A stretch of 64,000 nt of DNA. Source: an uncultured delta proteobacterium (GTDB lineage Bacteria > Myxococcota > Myxococcia > SLRQ01). The DNA is taken from positions 32,001-96,000 of the forward strand of contig CAVSGM010000011.1 of the NCBI GenBank assembly GCA_963727485.1, given 5' to 3'. The notes under the pieces are model-generated. The model saw nothing but the letters and a program-made list of their open reading frames with translations. It did no database searches and was not told where the DNA came from. Below, piece by piece: positions 29,368-40,718 of this stretch (position 1 is the first letter of the stretch; each line of letters starts with the position of its first letter). The position numbers and the translations under genes are program-made.

Positions 29368-29943
29368 CTAGTGGATCGTCTCGCCCCGGGCGCACATGGC
29401 CACGAACTTCTCGACGCGCCGCGCCCGGGTCTCCGCCCGCTTCGCCTCCTCCACCCGGTAGAGGATGGCGTAGCGGTTCGCCGAGCTGAGCCTCGCGAAG
29501 AACGCCTTGGCGGCGGGGTCCGCGTCCAGGGCCGCCTGGAGGTCCGCGGGGACGGTGGCCGTCCGGTGGGAGTCGTAGGCGGCGTCCCACCGCCCGTCGC
29601 CGCGGGCGGCCACCACCTGGGCCATCCCTGGCGCCGCCATCCGGCCCTCCTCGATGAGCCGCTCGGCCCGCCGGCGGTTCACCTTGGACCACCGGCTCCG
29701 GGGGCCCCGGGGCGTGAGCCGCTGGAGGTAGTAGGCTTCGTCGAGGCGTCCCTTCTGGCCGTCGATCCACCCGAAGCGCAGCGACTCGTCCACCGCCTCG
29801 TCGTAGCTCGGGCCCCGGCCGCCGCCGCCCTTCTTGGGGATCTTCAGCCAGATGCCGGCGGCGGCGCCGTGGTGGGCCGCGAGCCAGCGACCGAGGTCCG
29901 CGGCGTCGTCGAAGCCGCGGATGGGCAGGTCGTCCTTGGGCAT
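29368..29943 (-). CDS. YdeI/OmpD-associated family protein
   Basis: EAVDESLRFGWIDG, TPRGPRSRWSKVN, VPADLQAAL, FFARLSSANRYAILYR. Confidence 0.88.
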   Translation of the reverse strand: MPKDDLPIRGFDDAADLGRWLAAHHGAAAGIWLKIPKKGGGGRGPSYDEAVDESLRFGWIDGQKGRLDEAYYLQRLTPRGPRSRWSKVNRRRAERLIEEGRMAAPGMAQVVAARGDGRWDAAYDSHRTATVPADLQAALDADPAAKAFFARLSSANRYAILYRVEEAKRAETRARRVEKFVAMCARGETIH

Positions 29944-29951
29944 GGTCGCGC

Positions 29952-30464
29952 CTAGGGCTCGCGGTCGCGGGCGAGCTCGAAGATCCGGGGCGTCGCCGGC
30001 TCTCCGTCGTAGTAGTCCGCGGGCGCCACGCGGCCCCGGAGGCCGAGGGCGCGGACGAACACCTTCCCGCTGTCCGGGTAGGTGGCCACCTCGTTGGGTT
30101 CGTTCGGGCCGATGGCCAGGTACACCAGGTCCTCGTCGCCGGTGTTGGCGAGCTGGTGGGCGACGCCGCTGCCCGCGGGGCAGGAGACGCAGTCGCCGGG
30201 GCCGATGCGCCGCAGGCTCTCGCCGTAGCGCAGGACGCCCGTCCCCGAGAGCACGTAGAAGACCTCGTCCTCGAGCTGGTGGGTGTGGAAGGGGCAGGCG
30301 CTGCGCCCGGGCGACACCCGGGTGAGGTTCACCCCCAGGCGGCCGCCGTGGGACCGCATGGCGGGGGTGAGGTGCTTGTCGAGGCTGCCGTAGCGGCCCT
30401 CGGCGAGGTTGTCCTCCCACTCGAGGTCGTCAACGTTCACCACCATCTCGTCGGCCTGGGTCAC
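29952..30464 (-). CDS. Cupin domain protein
   Basis: PFHTHQLEDEVFYVLSGTG...GVAHQLANTG...YPDSGK; GTG overlaps the upstream stop. Confidence 0.85.
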   Translation of the reverse strand: MTQADEMVVNVDDLEWEDNLAEGRYGSLDKHLTPAMRSHGGRLGVNLTRVSPGRSACPFHTHQLEDEVFYVLSGTGVLRYGESLRRIGPGDCVSCPAGSGVAHQLANTGDEDLVYLAIGPNEPNEVATYPDSGKVFVRALGLRGRVAPADYYDGEPATPRIFELARDREP

Positions 30465-31348
30465 GGCTGGTCCTCCTTGGGGGCGGGCGCGAGGCGGGCG
30501 TACCCGGCGAACTGGTCGAAGACCACGCGCCGGGCCCGCGGGGTGAGCGCCCGGCGGACGACCCCGAGGATCCGCGCCATCCGCGGCAGGGGGAACGGCC
30601 GGCCCAGGCGCCGGCCCTCGGGGGCGAGGTAGCGCATCTCGTCGACGCGCCACCCGTGGGCGGCGAAGAATCGCTCCCAGTCGGCGGGGTGAAAGCGGAA
30701 GGGCGCGTTGCTCATGTGGCGGGCGTGGCCGCCGCGCTCCCGGCGGGCGTGGATGGCCGGGTGCATGTAGTCGACGATCCAGCCGGTCACCTGGGGCCGG
30801 GCGCGGAGGTCGTCGGCGAGGGCGCCCACCGACGCCTCGGCGAGGTAGAGGATGACGCCCTCGGTGAGCACCAGGATTCGGTGGTCCCCGGCGCAGACCT
30901 CGTCGAGGAGCGCCCGCCGCGCGTCGTCGTCGGCGAGGTCCACGGCCCGGCGCTCCAGGTGGCACCGCGGGGCCTCGCCCTCGAGGCGCCCGGTCTTCCA
31001 CTCGAGGATCCGGGGGAGGTCGACCTCGATCCAGCGCAGGTCCGCCGGAAGGTCCAGGCGGTAGGGCCGGGCGTCGAGGCCCGCACCGAGGTTGACCACC
31101 GTGTCCACGCCGCCGGCGATGGCCTCGGTGATCATCCGGTCGATGATCACCGTGCGGATCACCATGGTCCACCCGCCGATGAACGACCGGGGGCCCACCG
31201 CGGCGAGGATCTCGCGCCCCTTGTCCCCGGCGAGGCGGGCGGCGAGGGGATCCCGGAAGAGGGCGTCGGGCCGCTCGGTCTCCAGGGCCCGGAAGCCGGC
31301 GACGAGGAAGGCGGTGTCCGGGACGTCGCGGATCGCGGGATCGGCCAT
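30461..31348 (-). CDS. SAM-dependent methyltransferase (LCM/ML2640 family)
   Basis: DTAFLVAGFRALETERPDALFRDPLA, VVNLGAGLDARPYRL, LTEGVILYL. Confidence 0.9.
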   Translation of the reverse strand: MADPAIRDVPDTAFLVAGFRALETERPDALFRDPLAARLAGDKGREILAAVGPRSFIGGWTMVIRTVIIDRMITEAIAGGVDTVVNLGAGLDARPYRLDLPADLRWIEVDLPRILEWKTGRLEGEAPRCHLERRAVDLADDDARRALLDEVCAGDHRILVLTEGVILYLAEASVGALADDLRARPQVTGWIVDYMHPAIHARRERGGHARHMSNAPFRFHPADWERFFAAHGWRVDEMRYLAPEGRRLGRPFPLPRMARILGVVRRALTPRARRVVFDQFAGYARLAPAPKEDQP

Positions 31349-31491
31349 GGCTGGCACGGTGGCAGGGGCCAGGGGCCCGGTCAACGGGGCCGGGCTTGAC
31401 CGGCGCCCTCGACGCCACCTTCGCCGCCCCGAGGGCTGGGCAACCGGCGAGGCGCCGCGTATCGTGGAGCCGACACCTACCTGGGGGGGGC

Positions 31492-33876
31492 ATGGCGGAC
31501 ACGGAGCGTGTCGTCACGGGGTGCAAGGTTGGGGTGGGGCGGCAGCGTCCGGTCGGGGGCAAGCGATGGCCGGGGCCGACTCGCCTCCTGGCGTTGGCGC
31601 TCCTGGCGGGGCTGATCTTCCCCGCCCCCGCTCGGGCCCAGGGGGCCGCGGCCGACGCCCAGAAGCTCATGGAGAAGGCGCGCAGCGGCCACCCGCTCAC
31701 CCCCGCGGAGCAGGCGCGGCTGCGGGCCGACCTGATGCAGCAGTCCCAGCAGCGGCTGGACCAGACCCAGAGCTCGATGCCGCCGAAGATCCAGGCCCTG
31801 ATGCAGAAGGCCCGATTGGGGCGGCAGCTGACCCCCGAGGACAAGGCCGCCTTGCGCCAGTGGGCCATCGACCGGGCGATGCACGGCCGGGGCGGGGTCC
31901 CGGGCGCCGGGGCCAGGCCCCCGGGGCCGGGGAGCGCGCACGCGGGCGCCGGGCCATCGGGCGCCGGCGGTCCGCACCGGCCCACGGTCATGGACTTCAT
32001 GTCGAGGCTCGACCACGCCACGCCCCACGCGGTGCCCGGCGTCCACGTGCGCCACCGCAAGCCCCTCACCCGCGCCGGCTACCTGGCCCTGCTGCGCTGG
32101 CTCCGCAAGCAGGCCCGGATCGACCTCGGGTCGGCGCCGGCGAAGAAGATCGATCACCTGGGGCGCAAGGGCGCCCGGGCCCTGAACCGGCTGGGGGTGG
32201 CCCTCCAGATCGTGCCGGGCGGCCAGGTCGCCTCGACCTACGCGCTGGCCGCCGCCGCCCTGAAGCGCCCGGCCGACGCCCTCATCGCCGCCAACCTCGG
32301 GGTCGCCCTCTACAACGACCAGGACCTGCCCCGCGCCTACGACGTCCTCGGCTACGCCCTGGCCCTCCACCCCAAGAACCCCGTGGCCCTCTCCAGCCGC
32401 GGCTTCGTGGCGATGTACCTCGGCGATCTCACCGCCGCCGCGTCGTTCTTCCACCAGGCGGTGCAGCTGGCGCCCAAGCTCGCCGATCCCGAGGTGGGGC
32501 TGGCGCTCGTCGCCCGGGCCCGGGGCGACCAGCGGCAGATGATCGCCGCGGCGGGCAAGGCCATCGTCAAGGGATTGGGATCCATGGTGACCCAGGCGAT
32601 GGAGGCGTCGGTGCATGCGCGGGAGAGCGTGCCGCAGCGCGCCCAGGACACGCCCATCGCCGAGATGGGCCCGCCGTCGGTGGGCGGGATCGTCATCGAC
32701 CTCCACGCGGGATCGAGCCTCCGCTACCCGATGTGGGGCATGCCCGCGGACGCCCACCGGGCCGTCGGCCACCTCGCCGACATCACCACCTTCATCCTCC
32801 ACGAGAAGAAGCGGCTCCTGGGGCTGACCAAGGCCCGGCTCGCGGTGGACCGGCAGTACTCGGCGGCGCAGGCGGCGAAGCGCCAGGCGCTCGGCGGCCG
32901 CAAGCTCATCCGCTTGAGCCCGCGCATCCTGGCCGTCCTCACCGACCTCTCCGACGTCTACGACGCGCGGAGCGTGCTCGCCCTCGAGGCGTGGAAGCGG
33001 CGGAACCACCGCTTCGAGAAGGAGGCCGACGCCGCCCTCGTCTCCCTGCGCCAGGCCTACCTCAGCGCCAGCGCCGGCTGCGGGGAAGACCGGAAGTGCC
33101 AGGATTGGGTGGACTACGAGTACTGCGTGAAGTTCAACAACCAGGGCAAGGAGCTCCACTCCGCGTGGAGCGCGGCCTGGGCCAGCACCCAGAACGATCA
33201 GCGCCAGCTGATGACCACGTACTTCAAGGAGGGCGACCCCTACGTCGACGGGATCGCGGATCCCACGCTCCAGCGCGTCTACCAGCTCGACCGGGTGGTC
33301 CGCTTCCACACCTTTCTCCTGGCGACCCGGTTGGAGGTCCAGAGATGGATGCCCCACCTGAGCCCCTTCGTCGGGCGTGAGTGCATCCCGCCGCCGAAGG
33401 AGCCGGCGTCCAACCCCTGGCAGGACGACGCCAAGACCAAGGACCCCAAGCCGGGGCACTGCGTCCCGCCCCCCGGTGAGCTGGGCGTTGGGGTCCTGGG
33501 CCTGGCGTGGGACTGCAACAGCCTCACCGTCAAGGGCGGCGAGGGGCTCATCGTCGGGGTCAAGATCGCCTTCTCCGGCGCCAACGGCAAGGGGACCCCC
33601 AGCGGCCAGACCGAGACCACCCTGATGATCGGCGTGGGGGACCAGGCCCTGATCGGCGGGGTGAACGTCCATGACGACGCGATGCTCACCGGCACCTTCA
33701 CCGGGAACGGGATGGTCGACGCCAGCCTCAAGGTCGAGGCCGGCATGGACGCCGGGATGATGGGCGCCAAGCTCTCCGCCGGCGCCGAGATCGGCGTCTC
33801 CTACCGCGGCGGTCTCAAGGCGGCGGGGTCGGCGGGCATCGGCTACGGGGGCGTGGGGCTCAAGGCCAACCTCTAG
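31492..33876 (+). CDS. Large secreted TPR-containing protein with a Gly-rich beta-type C-terminus; start uncertain
   Basis: Signal-like LLALALLAGLIFPAPARA; TPRs (AANLGVALY, ALALHPKNPVALSSRG, AVQLAPKLADPEVGLA); Cys pairs; alternating Gly/hydrophobic tail. Confidence 0.72.
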   Translation: MADTERVVTGCKVGVGRQRPVGGKRWPGPTRLLALALLAGLIFPAPARAQGAAADAQKLMEKARSGHPLTPAEQARLRADLMQQSQQRLDQTQSSMPPKIQALMQKARLGRQLTPEDKAALRQWAIDRAMHGRGGVPGAGARPPGPGSAHAGAGPSGAGGPHRPTVMDFMSRLDHATPHAVPGVHVRHRKPLTRAGYLALLRWLRKQARIDLGSAPAKKIDHLGRKGARALNRLGVALQIVPGGQVASTYALAAAALKRPADALIAANLGVALYNDQDLPRAYDVLGYALALHPKNPVALSSRGFVAMYLGDLTAAASFFHQAVQLAPKLADPEVGLALVARARGDQRQMIAAAGKAIVKGLGSMVTQAMEASVHARESVPQRAQDTPIAEMGPPSVGGIVIDLHAGSSLRYPMWGMPADAHRAVGHLADITTFILHEKKRLLGLTKARLAVDRQYSAAQAAKRQALGGRKLIRLSPRILAVLTDLSDVYDARSVLALEAWKRRNHRFEKEADAALVSLRQAYLSASAGCGEDRKCQDWVDYEYCVKFNNQGKELHSAWSAAWASTQNDQRQLMTTYFKEGDPYVDGIADPTLQRVYQLDRVVRFHTFLLATRLEVQRWMPHLSPFVGRECIPPPKEPASNPWQDDAKTKDPKPGHCVPPPGELGVGVLGLAWDCNSLTVKGGEGLIVGVKIAFSGANGKGTPSGQTETTLMIGVGDQALIGGVNVHDDAMLTGTFTGNGMVDASLKVEAGMDAGMMGAKLSAGAEIGVSYRGGLKAAGSAGIGYGGVGLKANL

Positions 33877-33893
33877 GGATCGCCGGCGGCCGG

Positions 33894-34706
33894 CTACCCG
33901 AAGTGGAACGACGAGAGGGTCACGCCCAGAAACCGCCCGCGCCAGGCGACCTGCCCCCGGTCCTCCCCGGCGGCGCCGGCGGCGACCATCAGCGGGATGA
34001 GGTGCTCCTCGCGCGGGTGGGCCTCCCGGGCCCGGGGGGCCTCGGTCCACTGGGCGAGGCGGGCGTCGCGGGCCTCGGGCTCGGCGGTGACCGCGCCCTC
34101 GAGCCAGGCGTCGAAGGCCTCGGAGACCGCCGCCGCGCCCGGCCGGCCAAAGCCCCGGAGGTCGTGGTAGGTCATGCCGCTGCCCACGATGAGCACGCCC
34201 TCGTCGCGCAGGGGCATGAGCGCCCGGCCCAGGCGCAGGTGCACCCCGGGGTCGAGGCCGCGGACCAGCGAGAGCTGGAGGACGGGCACCTCGGCGCCCG
34301 GCCAGGCGACCTTGAGGGGCACGAAGGTCCCGTGGTCGTAGCCGCGCTCGGGATCCCGGGCGGTCTCGAAGCCGGCCTCGGCGAGGAGCGCCTCGACCCG
34401 GGGTGCCAGCGACGGGGCGCCCGGCGCGGGCCAGGTCAGCTCATACGACGCCGGCGGGAAGCCGTAGTAGTCGAAGTAGAGGGGCGGGTTCTCGCCGGTC
34501 ATCAGGGTGGGGACCGGCGCCTCCCAGTGGGCCGACACCGCGAGGATCGCCTGGGGCGCCGAGGGGGCCACCGCGGGCACCGAGCGCAGGTAGCCCACGA
34601 GGTCCTGGACCTCGGCAGGGTCGAGGCCCATCTCGACGAAGGGCCAGGGGCCGCCCCCGTGGGGGAGGCTGACGACGGGCATCCGGGTGGGGCTCATGGG
34701 GTCCAC
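33894..34706 (-). CDS. LigB-family class III extradiol dioxygenase (DODA/YgiD-like)
   Basis: PHGGGPWP, VSAHWE, YFDYYGFPP, RGYDHGTFVPL, GSGMTYHDL, AHPREEHLIPL. Confidence 0.9.
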   Translation of the reverse strand: MDPMSPTRMPVVSLPHGGGPWPFVEMGLDPAEVQDLVGYLRSVPAVAPSAPQAILAVSAHWEAPVPTLMTGENPPLYFDYYGFPPASYELTWPAPGAPSLAPRVEALLAEAGFETARDPERGYDHGTFVPLKVAWPGAEVPVLQLSLVRGLDPGVHLRLGRALMPLRDEGVLIVGSGMTYHDLRGFGRPGAAAVSEAFDAWLEGAVTAEPEARDARLAQWTEAPRAREAHPREEHLIPLMVAAGAAGEDRGQVAWRGRFLGVTLSSFHFG

Positions 34707-34727
34707 GGTAGAACCCGGTGCGCGGGT

Positions 34728-35621
34728 TCACCAGCGGGCCGGCCGGACGTCGACCACACCCCAGAGCAGCGCCCGCTCGTCCGCCGCCCGGTTGTCGACC
34801 TCCTCGCCGGTCGGCTCGCCGAAGCTCCGGAGCACCACCTTGGCCCCGGGGGCCGCCGCGTGCCTCACCGCGGCGAAGAGCCGGGCGCGGAAGTCCGGCG
34901 GAGCGCCGTCGAGGATGTTGGAGAGGGTGAAGGCGTCGAAGCGGCCGGCGGGTCCCGCCTCCAGGTACTCGGCGACGTCGCCGAGGACCAGCTCCACCTG
35001 CGCGGCCTCGGCCGGCGGCGGCGCGTCGGTGAAGCTGCCGAGGAGCAGGCCCCGGGCGTAGGGGTTGGTGCGGTTCGGGTGGCGGGTGAGCCCCCGTTCG
35101 AGCCGCCGGCGCATCACCCGCCCGAGGTGGGGGGGCAGGAAGTCGAGGAACGGCGGGGCGTAGACCGCGCGCAGGGCGGTCACCGAGAACGCGGCGTCGA
35201 AGGCGGCCCGGAACCGCCGGGTGTCGAGGTGGCGCCGCCAGTCGTCGGCCTGGGCCTCGGGGTCGTCGAGGTCGAGGAAGGTCTCGAGGCGCGACCGGGT
35301 CCAGCCCACCAGCGGCGCCAGGCGCCGGCCGAAGCCCATGACCTTCTCCGCCGTCCCGCGCACCGCCCTGGCCCCGGCGAGGCGGCGGGCGGCGTAGTCG
35401 AGCTGGCCGGGGTTGATGTCCACGGCCACCACCGGGTGGCGCGGGGCCAGGGCCATGGCGGTGTCCCCGGCGGAGGCGATGCACAGCACCCGGGCGCCCG
35501 GGGGGAAGACCTCGAGCTCGACCCGTGGATCCTCGTACATCCGGCCGAAGAGCACCTTGGCGGGGCCGGCGCGGTCGTCGAAGCGGCCGCGGGCCCAGGG
35601 CGTGGCGTCAGGCTCGCTCAT
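34728..35621 (-). CDS. DUF3419/BtaA-like SAM-dependent 3-amino-3-carboxypropyl transferase
   Basis: LFGRMYEDP.VE, VLCIASAGDTAMAL, VAVDINPGQL, NPY, FDAFTLSNILD. Confidence 0.72.
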   Translation of the reverse strand: MSEPDATPWARGRFDDRAGPAKVLFGRMYEDPRVELEVFPPGARVLCIASAGDTAMALAPRHPVVAVDINPGQLDYAARRLAGARAVRGTAEKVMGFGRRLAPLVGWTRSRLETFLDLDDPEAQADDWRRHLDTRRFRAAFDAAFSVTALRAVYAPPFLDFLPPHLGRVMRRRLERGLTRHPNRTNPYARGLLLGSFTDAPPPAEAAQVELVLGDVAEYLEAGPAGRFDAFTLSNILDGAPPDFRARLFAAVRHAAAPGAKVVLRSFGEPTGEEVDNRAADERALLWGVVDVRPARW

Positions 35622-35992
35622 CGGAGGCCCGCGGCCACCCAGGCCAGCACCAGGAACGCGGCGTTCTTCACCACCATCCCCGCCGGGTCGTGGATGAGGT
35701 GCCGGGACCAGAGGAGGCCGTTGGCGTTGAGGGTGACCAGAAGCGCGGTCTGGGCGATGGCGCAGGGCACCGGCCACCAGCCGCCGAGGACCCAGACGCC
35801 GAGGGCGGTCTCGGTGATCCCGAGGGCGGGGATGAAGAGCCAGGCCACCTTCCGGCCCAGCCTCGGCACCGCCTCGACGATGGAGACCTGGTTGGGGTCG
35901 CGGCCGAGGAGTTTGCACCACAGCCCCTCGTAGAACCACACCGCGGCCACCGCCCCGTGGACCAGCCACACCGGCACCAGCAGTCCGTTCAC
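35618..35992 (-). CDS. DoxX-like membrane protein
   Basis: AVAAVWFYEGLWCKLL...LGITE...QTALLV..N...IHDP.GMVVKN; coupled to both neighbours. Confidence 0.72.
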   Translation of the reverse strand: MNGLLVPVWLVHGAVAAVWFYEGLWCKLLGRDPNQVSIVEAVPRLGRKVAWLFIPALGITETALGVWVLGGWWPVPCAIAQTALLVTLNANGLLWSRHLIHDPAGMVVKNAAFLVLAWVAAGLR

Positions 35993-36525
35993 CGGGCACC
36001 CTCGGGGCCGGCCTCGGCGGCGCGGCGCATCGCCCGGAGGATGTGGCGGTGGAAGGCGTGGCAGACCAGGCGCTCCACCGGCCCCCAGAACCAGCGGGGC
36101 CGCCGGGGGCTGTGGTAGCGGGTGGTGACCGAGACCCCGGTGCGACCCCCTTCGCCGGAGTTGAGGCGGTACTCGCCGCCGGAGAGGCGCATGCCGCCCA
36201 CGTCGAGCGCCTGCTCCACCACCTCGAAGGCGTAGCGTTCGCCCGGGGCGATGCCGGTGACGCGCTTGACCAGGTGTCCGCCCTGGTAGAGGCAGAGGGC
36301 CTCGTCGCCGACCTCGGACTTGCGCCCCCGGGTCTCGAGGGGCACCGGGAGCAGCCGGCGCAGCAGCCACGGGGGCGGTCGGTCGATCTGCTCGTAGAAG
36401 AGCAGCGACGACCAGACCCGGGCCGGGTCGGCGGCGAAGGCCATGGAGGTGGTCACGGTGGCGGCGGTGCCGGCCGTCGAGGCGTTGCCAGGTGCACCGA
36501 CGGGTGCGCTGGTGCGAGCGTTCAT
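35989..36525 (-). CDS. SRPBCC/START-like protein
   Basis: VTTSMAFAADPARVW...PGERYAFEV...TGVSVTTRY...HAFHRHILRAM. Confidence 0.68.
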   Translation of the reverse strand: MNARTSAPVGAPGNASTAGTAATVTTSMAFAADPARVWSSLLFYEQIDRPPPWLLRRLLPVPLETRGRKSEVGDEALCLYQGGHLVKRVTGIAPGERYAFEVVEQALDVGGMRLSGGEYRLNSGEGGRTGVSVTTRYHSPRRPRWFWGPVERLVCHAFHRHILRAMRRAAEAGPEGAR

Positions 36526-36603
36526 GCGTCTCCCCCGGGCTATCGCGGCAGGGCCGCGCCTGGGGCAGCCTACGCGCCGGATGGGGCCGAGGCTAGTCTC
36601 GCG

Positions 36604-36863
36604 TCAGGAGCGGCGCGCCTTGCCCAGGTGGACGATCTGGGCGCCGGGCCCGGTCGACGCCTCCCCGGCCTTCGCGGCCCGCTTGCGCTGCTTCGCCGCC
36701 TGCTTGCGCAGCTTCTCCTGCATCGCCGGGTTCAGGGCGCAGCCGGAGCACCCGCCGGCCTCGTCCTCGGAGCGGGTGAGCTGGGCCCAGAGGCGGCGCA
36801 CCACGTAGGCCGCGGCCACCGCCACGATCACCAGCACCACCACCAGCTGCACGGTCTGGCCCA

Positions 36864-36864
<1 letters not shown>
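36604..36864 (-). CDS. FeoB-associated Cys-rich membrane protein
   Basis: One TM helix then GGCSGCA; start overlaps the feoB stop. Confidence 0.75.
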
Positions 36865-39148
<2,284 letters not shown>

Positions 39149-39155
<7 letters not shown>

Positions 39156-39373
39156 GGCTCCACCTCGATCTGCTCCGCCTCCTCCTTGCGGACCGAGAGG
39201 TGGTAGCCGCGGACCTTGATCTCGATGGGGTCGCCCAGCGGCGCGAAGCGCACCACCTCGAGGATGGTGCCCTTGAGGACCCCCATCTCCAGGATGCGTC
39301 CGGGAGGCCGGGGCGTGCGCCAGCCGGAGACCTTCACGCGGTCTCCGGGCTTCAGCGTATCGAGGGTGGTCAT
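39149..39373 (-). CDS. feoA: FeoA
   Basis: RILEMGVLKG...RFAPLGDPIEIKVRGYHLSVRKEEA. Confidence 0.93.
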
Positions 39374-39621
39374 GCCACCTGCTCGCGCACCAGCACCCGG
39401 CGCGCGGCGTCGGTGGCCACGGCGATGCGGGCCTCGTCGATGCCCAGCACCACCTGCCCGGCCGCCCGGTGGACGATGCGGGCGAGCGCCCCCTCGCGGA
39501 CGCCGAGCTCCCTAAGGCGGGCGGCGACCTCGCGGGCCAGGCTCAAGGTGAAGATCTCGACGTAGCGGCCCACGGGCACGCTGCCCAGGGGGACGGGGGG
39601 CATCTGGGGGGGGGTGCTCAT
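39370..39621 (-). CDS. feoA: FeoA (second, divergent copy)
   Basis: ARLRELGVREG...GQVVLGIDEARIAVATDAARRVLV. Confidence 0.8.
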   Translation of the reverse strand: MSTPPQMPPVPLGSVPVGRYVEIFTLSLAREVAARLRELGVREGALARIVHRAAGQVVLGIDEARIAVATDAARRVLVREQVA

Positions 39622-39645
39622 CTTGATGGAATCCTAGGCGCGTCT

Positions 39646-39666
39646 AATTGAGAACGCAAGTCAGTT
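39646..39666. promoter_or_regulatory. Fur-box-like site upstream of the feo operon
   Basis: AATTGAGAAC-G-CAAGTCAGTT, an imperfect dyad resembling TGAGAATnATTCTCA, in an AT-rich patch. Confidence 0.55.
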
Positions 39667-39754
39667 TCACAATGCTCGCGAAAAACCATCCGGGGACACG
39701 AATCCTTCCTTGGGGGTCCTATCCACCAATCCCCGGCGCGCACGCCGGTCCGGG

Positions 39755-40306
39755 TCAGGCCCGGTCGAGGAGGGCGAGGACGTGGTCGCGCACGTCCCCG
39801 GGCCAGGGGGCCAGGCGCGCCTCGAGGGCCTCGCGGTCGCCGGCGTAGAGGGCCCGGCTCGCCTCCTCGAAGCCCGGGAGGTCCCCGGCCAGGGCCCACA
39901 TGAACCGGCCGGCGGCGGTCTGGCGGCGTCTCGCGCGCCCGGCGTCGGGCTCGTGCTTGCGCGCCTCGTCCACCAGGCGCCGGAGGGTCGCCGAGATGCC
40001 CCCGGGCTGGGCCTCGAGCCAGTCCCAGTGCCGGGGCAGGAGGGTCACCTCCCGGGAGACGACGCCGAGGCGCGGGCGGCCCGGGCCCCTCGGCTTCGGG
40101 GGTGGGGCGGCGCGGTCGGCGACCTCCTCGGGGGTGCCGCGGAGGTCGAAGTCGAGCTGCTTGCCGGTCTCGTCGTCGAAGAAGAGCACCGGCCCCTCGC
40201 CCCGGGCGTCGAGGTGGCGGCGGGTGGCGATGAGGGTCTCCCGGAGCGGGCCGGAGGCGATGCGCTCGGTGCCGGCGAAGGCGGTGATGGTGCGAGGGGC
40301 GTCCAT
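39755..40306 (-). CDS. DUF2239 family protein
   Basis: FFDDETGKQLDFDLRG, GRPRLGVVSREVTLLPRHWDWL..QPGG.SATLRRLV, AGDLPGFEEA. Confidence 0.88.
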   Translation of the reverse strand: MDAPRTITAFAGTERIASGPLRETLIATRRHLDARGEGPVLFFDDETGKQLDFDLRGTPEEVADRAAPPPKPRGPGRPRLGVVSREVTLLPRHWDWLEAQPGGISATLRRLVDEARKHEPDAGRARRRQTAAGRFMWALAGDLPGFEEASRALYAGDREALEARLAPWPGDVRDHVLALLDRA

Positions 40307-40692
40307 CACGCCTCGGGCTCGAGGACCCGGATGGGATCGAAGAAGAGGTCCGGGTAGCCCCGGGACGCGAGGTGATCGTGGACCCGCTCGCCTATCACGA
40401 TGCCCGCCGGATCCTCGCCGAGGAGGAAGAGCTCGCGGTCGGGGATCCGCGCCGGGTCGAGGACCACCTCGTCGATGACGTCCATCCCCGGGCCGAGGTG
40501 CTGGTGGTCCGAAGCCGACATCACCGTGCAGTGGACGCAGTCCAGGACGTTGTCGAGGAAGCAGACGAAGGGCTCCTCGAAGTCGGTCCGGAAGGGCTTG
40601 CCCGTGCGCAGGCGGGTCATGCGGTGGGAGCGCTGGAAGAGGGCGGTGCTGTCGCCCCGGAGCTGCCGGGCGAGTCGGTAGTACTTGGCCAT
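40306..40692 (-). CDS. Imm11/DUF1629-like protein (possible orphan immunity protein)
   Basis: LDNVLDCV...IDEVVLDPARIPDRELFLL...IVIGERV...L...G...L.F. Confidence 0.5.
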   Translation of the reverse strand: MAKYYRLARQLRGDSTALFQRSHRMTRLRTGKPFRTDFEEPFVCFLDNVLDCVHCTVMSASDHQHLGPGMDVIDEVVLDPARIPDRELFLLGEDPAGIVIGERVHDHLASRGYPDLFFDPIRVLEPEA

Positions 40693-40718
40693 GGGCGCGC
40701 ATGATACCGTCGCCCCCG

